A stretch of 64,000 nucleotides of DNA from the human T2T-CHM13v2.0 reference genome, Homo sapiens, in NCBI RefSeq assembly GCF_009914755.1, contig NC_060927.1; one strand, given 5' to 3'. Shown here one piece after another: positions 56,527-64,000 of this stretch. A program made the translations under genes and the position numbers. The notes beneath the pieces were generated by a model, which was not told the DNA's origin, did no database searches, and worked only from the letters and a program-made list of their open reading frames with translations. The number at the start of each line of letters is the position of its first letter. Position 1 is the stretch's first letter.

Positions 56527-59500
56527 TATTTAGCACAGGCATCACCTCACATACGTGTCTTGTTTAATGGTGAAAATATTTAAGATCTGAGCCATTTTCA
56601 AGTACATACATTATTATTAACTACAGTCACCATGCTTTATGGAGTTTTTATTGATACGTACTTCAATGCTTGGTATATATGTAACACATTATCCTCTTTC
56701 CATGCACCTCTGTGTGTGTGCATAAAGGTTTTTCATTTTCTATGTAGAAAAACTTCAAAGTAATCGCCATGATTTTCTAGTGATTGCTTTAAAATGGAAA
56801 CATATATGATTTTCCATCATTTATATATGAATTATTTTGATACACTGACAGTATGGTTAGCATTACGTTGTGCAAACTTCTTTCGTTAACTAGTTATGGA
56901 AGTGAAATTTTTTTATTTCTGCTGTTTTTTCTTATTAGAGTATTAGAATTTCTTACTGCTTTTTCCTTTGAAATATATATATTATTGGATAAGTTTGGGA
57001 CACTGCCAGCCAAAAGTGAAAATGGCATTAATGGGACTGAGATGTACAGATCCAGCATATTCTCTATGTGGGTATCATTTCTACCTTTCTAATTCTAATG
57101 GCTTGGTGGAACCTTAGGCCTACACTGGATCTTTGGTTGAAAGATGCTCCCCTCCACACATACACACAAACCTTTCCCTCTGAGATATGCTGAAGGCATC
57201 TGAATTTTCTTCCTTAGTATTCATATTTTAGAGCAGGCAACCAAAAAGGCTATGTATAGGCAGGTTCTTTTAGCCTTCAGTAGCTTGCTGTTTTGTTGTG
57301 TTCTAATGGCATTAGATGTTTCTAGATAAGTCTGTTCTCTCCAGATTTACTCATATCTAGCATGTTTTTCATACAGATTACTTGGCTGTATCCAGGTGGC
57401 ATGTACGTTTAAGATAGCTGCATTAGTGGTTAAAGAATGCTAAGCAAAAACAAACCAACCAACCAACAAACAAAAATCAATAGTAAAAAGAGATTGGAGA
57501 TCCTTAGGAGATATTAAACCTGCCAGTAACATAAGGGGAAATATGTAACCTTCAAGAATCCATAAACATGAAAAGTAAGTTGTTGGTAAGCTCTAAACTC
57601 AATGAGGGAAGGAACTATGTATTTCTTTACATTAAAAAAACCTATACCACATATGAAAGTGTCTAGCATAGTTATCAATGCTCCATAAAATGTGTTGAAT
57701 GAGTACAGCATAGTCTCCATTCTCTTTTTATAATTTACTTGTGAGACTAGAGAATTTAGGAAATATTCTTTTGTTTATCAGATTTGACAATTTAATTTTT
57801 AAAATAATTAAATTAATTGGAAGAAAATTACTACAACTTTCTGGTAGAGTGTTTATATACGTTTGTGAGTAGCTGTGTTGTTTTAAAAGAGTAATATTCT
57901 AAAATAGTGTCATTAAAATAGGGAAAATACATTATTAAGTTATAAAGTGAATTCATTTGAAATCAGTCATTTAAAATATGTTTAAACTGGATTAATTTGG
58001 GTGCATGTTTTCCTTTAGAATAGGACCTAATATATTGCCATGGCTCACTCTTAAAATTATGAGAATTAAAAGAAGCTTATTATAATCTTTACCCACAAAA
58101 TGCATATGATTTATTATAGGGTTGTGATTTTTATCCAACACTCTTGTATTGAATGATGATGTTTAATAATATTGTAATACTGTATGTCAGAAGATTTATT
58201 GTAGTTTTGATTTCTCTGAGCCAAGAGACAGAGTACTTGGATGTGTTTTGGTGGTTGTTGACTGATAAGCAATAAAATGATCCTACATAGACCTCAGTGG
58301 TAAATGTTTTTCCAACTCTCTCTGATTAATATGGGTTTTTTTTGGTGTAATATGTCAATTTTATCAGATTTAAATTTATCATTAAACTAGCTGGTAGTTT
58401 CAGCCCCTGGAAAGGCTATTTTGTCTGAGCTATCATATTTTAAGCAATATTATTTATACCACAAGGAAGGTCCTGATGAAAAAAAGTCATTCTTGATTAC
58501 CGTTTGATCAACCAAAAATGTCTCTATAACATTAGATGAAATAAATGAACTGTATAGCTGTAGGATTTGAAACTTTCAACTATTGCAAATAGATGAGTAG
58601 AAGTTTCCATTCACTAAAGAGTCACTACATCTCTTTTGGCCACTGATTTTTTTTTTTTTAAGTACAAGAGTCTTTATTCTCTAGAGTGTGAAAATGTCTA
58701 CAATACTGTGAGGCACTGGAAAAATGAAGATTACTAAAGATGAAAAATAATTCATGTAAACCGTGTGTGGTAAGTTTACAATATTTTTGAGTTTAATTCA
58801 ACAAATATGTTTTGAACATCTTCTACATGTTAGGCAGTGTGCTAGGTTGAAGGTTTACAGAAGTGAATACATCTTAAGAGAGAGATGAGTGGAGAGGAGA
58901 TGTTTATGGTTGCTCCATATGAAATAGCCAAGCATAGAAGCATGCTGTATAAATGCTCCATGTACAGTTAGCTACGAATAGGAGCATCTAAATAACTTTT
59001 AACTTCTTGCTTCTTATAATCTTCAATACGTCTCTGTGCTTATTTATTTATATAGCAAAATGCATCATAGGACATTGTGTGGCAATTATGGTTTATAAGT
59101 ACAATGTCAAAGTTTTTTGGGGGTCATTGGGAGCAAAAAGCTGTTAGAGATTTGAAAGGCAAACACATATTATGGAATAAAAATTTTCCATTTTTTTGTC
59201 AGGTAATATTTTGAGAGGGTAGCGATGAGGCCACTGGGGAGGAAGAGAATTTAACATATATGTGATTTTCAAGGTAGCAAAAGACTCTGGAACCCACATT
59301 GTCCCATTTCTATGAATTGCATCATGCCTTTGTTAAAATCACTGTGCTAACAATAAGATTTCACTCAGGGAAATCAAATAACAACTCTATTAAGAACTTT
59401 GAAACCATCAAAAGAAATCTTGACATTATATTTATCAAATATTTGAAATCTACGTATAAAACAAATTATGATTAGGAAAGGAATTATGTGGATGTAAAGA

Positions 59501-59932
59501 ACTGTGTATTTTGCAAAAGGCAAAGAAACAGCAATTTAGTACTCTGCTCTATTAAAACACATTCCGTCCTGGGATTCCTTTAGTTTTTATATTTATTCCT
59601 AATGAAAATTCACCCTGTAATTTTGCTTGGTATTTTAAAATAACATTACTGAGAAAATTGGACATATTTAGTAGTACATAGGGATAATTTCTAAAATACA
59701 ACTATAAGTATTTACAAAATATAGTAATTTTTAGTGTCCTACCATATTTGTTTGTTATATATGTTGGGAGAGATGTCATTTTCTTATCTATTTTATTCAG
59801 AAGGAAATAAATCTGATGATGCTCATATATTTTCAAAATTCCAAGCAAAATTGTTCAGAAAAAGAGTTGGAAACAACTGAAGTTTATTCTGTTTTATTTC
59901 CCAAAATTGTATCATAGAAACATAAAAACAAT

Positions 59933-60169
<237 letters not shown>

Positions 60170-60869
60170 TTATGAGAAAATGCTTAAAAGCTATTTCCAC
60201 AGAGTCTTTTTGGTCTTTTTCTCCATGATAGGTAAGCTTTTAAAAACCGAAAGAATTAAAAAATATACCACACATTTGACTTTTTATTTTTGTAGTACCG
60301 ATTTTGGTCAAAGCATTCTTGAAAAATTTAAAAACACATTTGCGACTTTTAACCTAGTAATCTATTCTTCTCAGAGAGCATAATAAGAATACCTTGCTTT
60401 CCAGGTATCTGGGATTATGGTACCACAAACAGGAAGGAGAAACTGAAGGATAAAGGTTAACTTAGGATTGGGTTTTTTCAAGAAGTTTCCAGTGTTGGCA
60501 CAGACACAGGCTCTATCTATGCCCCTTTCAATTATAAACCAACAGCTCTGCCGTGAGGATATCGTGAATGTTCACATCTTTACCTGTCAACACTTCTGAA
60601 ACCCTTTCAGCACCTATGTCTCAGTCTATTCTTGATCAAAGCATGACCTGCTCACTAAAGCTTTCATAAGATAATAATTTAATAAGAAACTCCCAGCCAG
60701 AAGACAAAGGAAAAGATTGTGAAGGAGGCCACTGCTAATTTCCCTCCCTACATAATCAAATCAGTACAGCTATCCAGCCAGGACTCATAACCCTTAATAA
60801 GTCACTCTACTCGATTAAGAGAAATTGATTTTCCTCTACTGTGGATCATAGTGATTATGATAAATATGG

Positions 60870-61065
60870 TATCTGCCGTTCACTGCGCTCCCCGGGCCCA
60901 CCCCCCGTTTGCTGCCAGTGTCCATCTGTTTGCAGGACGGCAGGTAAACGAGCTAGAGAGATGACGCCGTGTCATTAACTGCAGTTGGTATCAGTGCTTT
61001 GACAGCTGTGGAATTGAGTGTTTCCGTAGATCAGCCTAGAAGCCCGTATAAGAGGCTTGCGCAGC
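60870..61065. promoter_or_regulatory. Candidate intronic enhancer (CpG-retaining, motif-dense, no recognisable repeat)
   Basis: About 11 CpGs in about 190 bp; CATCTG, GTAAAC, TCATTAA and TGACAGCTG motifs. Confidence 0.35.
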
Positions 61066-61344
61066 AATTACACCTCCTGACAACTCTACCAGCAGCCTTC
61101 AACATGCAAAACTCCTATGCTGCGATTTTTAATTGGGAATAGGGAAAGAAAACAGATAGGTGGGAATGACTGCAGTTTGAACTCTAGTTTTAGGATATGA
61201 AGAGTGATGTATAGAGGCCAAAGAGCCACATGCTACCTTCACTAGATTCTAACTTGATCCTAAAGTTATTTGGAGTCTGTGGTGGGTATGTCTTATTGTG
61301 ATCTCTGTAATCAAGTCTAGATTTCCAGAGAAATCAATCTCTTT

Positions 61345-61658
61345 TTAATTTAATTAATTTTTTTTTAGAAACAGGGTTTCTCTCTGTCACCCAGGTTGGA
61401 GTGCAGTGATGTGATCTCTGCTCCCTGCAGTCTTGACCTCCCAGGCTCAGGTGATTCTTCCACTTCAGCCTCCTGAAGAGCTGGGATTACAGGCATGTGC
61501 CACCATATCCGGCTAATTTTTTTTTTTTTGTATTTTTAGTAGAGAAGGGGTTTCGCTATGTTGCCCAGGCTGCTGTTGGCCTCCTGGAATCCGGCAATCT
61601 TCTTGCGTTGGCCTCTCAGAGTGCTGGGATTTACAAGCGTGAGCCACCACACCCAGCC
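61345..61658 (-). mobile_element. AluJ-like, antisense
   Basis: Diverged full dimer: agaaacagggtttctctctgtcaccc...gtgagccaccacacccagcc. Confidence 0.92.
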
Positions 61659-62425
61659 GCAATATCTTAATACACCAATGTTGACTGTAGAATGTTTCTG
61701 CCCTTTCTTCTCACTCACCTGAAGAATCTTGAAGCAGTTGGTTTTATTTTAATCATTTTCCATCACTGTACATCATTCAATAGTGCTTGATATTTTAACA
61801 TCAGTAAACAAACAAACAAACGAACAAAAAACAGGAAAGTAATATATTCTGTCAGAGCAGAATTATTCAATTGCTTAAAGTTTTCATATAAACTTTCCAT
61901 GTAGCATGTTGAATGTTTGTTTCTATAATTAAAAATACCTAAGATTATTGACTGGGTATCTGAAAGGGATTTTATACAGCACAGTACATAGAGTAGCAAT
62001 AATAAAGATATATTTTTTACCAGCTTTTGCCTTTGTGAGTATTTTGGGTTTGGGACATGGTTGTACATATTTCCTGTTTATATATTCTACACATAATGTG
62101 GTATTACAGAATGACGAATTATAGAAAGATCTGGAATATTATTCTTAACTAAGGAGGCAGTAAGATAATTAAGGAGACATTGAAAGTAGACTTCAGAGTT
62201 CTTTTCATAAAATAATAGATTTATTTCTCTTGATTAAGGTTTTTATTTGGCCTAAGTCTGACTTAAGATTTTTATAAATTAGCTTCATCATTAAATACCA
62301 ATGTACTATTTTTTATGGTATACTAAATTGTTGCTCCATTTGAGAATATTCTAATAGTATTAGGGAAAGTTAGTCTTGTTAATTCATATCTTTTCCTATA
62401 TATGAATAAGAAAGGGCATAAAATA

Positions 62426-63032
<607 letters not shown>

Positions 63033-63182
63033 CTTTTCTAATTTTAAAGATGAACTGGAGAGTTTCACTTTATTCTCACGACTCTTATTGCAGAGTCTAC
63101 TCTCCTTTAAAGTAACTTTAGTGTTGTTACTTCTTAGCTTTTCTCAAGAAAATAAAGCCATCACAGTGGAATTTGATGATTA

Positions 63183-63473
<291 letters not shown>

Positions 63474-64000
63474 GTATATATAACATCTTAAGCACATTTA
63501 ATTTGTCTTTAATTTGCATTTAACTTTTTGTCCCTTGAGAAATAACAAACAAAATGATGATAAAAGTTGTTAAAACTCTGGCTGTATCCCCACTGATTTC
63601 GAGGGACATCCTCCTGTTATCCAGGGGAGTCTAATTGTACAGTCTGTTGAGCCCGGACAAGTCTGTGCTTGAGAGAAACTCCCCAGACGACTGCCTGCCT
63701 GTAAGAGACAGTGAGGAAACGCAAGGCAGGAGACACATTTTCTTCAATTTTATCTGCGTAAGCCTGAAACTTTATGCATTGAAATACAGCCAGATATATT
63801 CATAATCATCTCTTAGAGCTTGGCCATCCCAGTATCTTCAGTTCTGTGACCCTGACAGGGAAGGTCATTGGTGCAGCCCTTCCAAGCAAATGCAGTTAAA
63901 TTTAACAGAATTTTTTTTTTCAATATGCCAGACACAGTGGTAAACGTGTAATATAAAGATTGCTCTGACACTCGTTTGAATCTGAACGACTACCAGGAAC

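Larger units (their letters stand above)
55130..56637 (-). mobile_element. L1MA-type 3' end fragment split by the Hsmar1 insertion
   Basis: tgtatatatttatggtgtacag...gactaaatcaagcta | ...catcacctcacatac...attattaactacagtcaccatgct is contiguous L1 3' UTR once Hsmar1 is removed. Confidence 0.75.

Noticed and set aside
60935-60942. 8-nt neural microexon (tttgcAG GACGGCAG GTAAAC)
   Set aside because: Frame-shifting length, mediocre pyrimidine tract and no supporting evidence; probably chance.

Overview
This is primate (very probably human) genomic DNA from inside the axon-guidance receptor gene ROBO2, transcribed on the + strand. The only protein-coding sequence I can support is one 327-nt internal exon (23957-24283) encoding the first Ig domain (Ig1, the Slit-binding domain in Robo receptors). 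The rest is AT-rich intron. It carries about 20 Alu elements (about 15 antisense to ROBO2), L1/L2/MIR/CR1 remnants, MaLR LTRs (a THE1D-like LTR nested in a Tigger3a/MER7A-like element, and an MLT1-like LTR), several MER DNA-transposon fossils, a full-length dead Hsmar1 mariner nested in an L1 3' end, a U6 snRNA retropseudogene and AT/RY microsatellites. Almost all other ORFs in the track are Alu, microsatellite or chance ORFs. I found no novel multi-gene system. The most interesting signals concern RNA processing. The Ig1 exon is bracketed by inverted Alus with a competing hairpin, and its back-splice junction would create a TGA stop plus a junction-only 36-aa ORF. There are also candidate recursive-splice and poison-exon sites in the long downstream intron, and a tail-to-tail Alu pair that shares one target site. 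Repeat subfamily names come from recalled consensus sequences and were not checked by a search.
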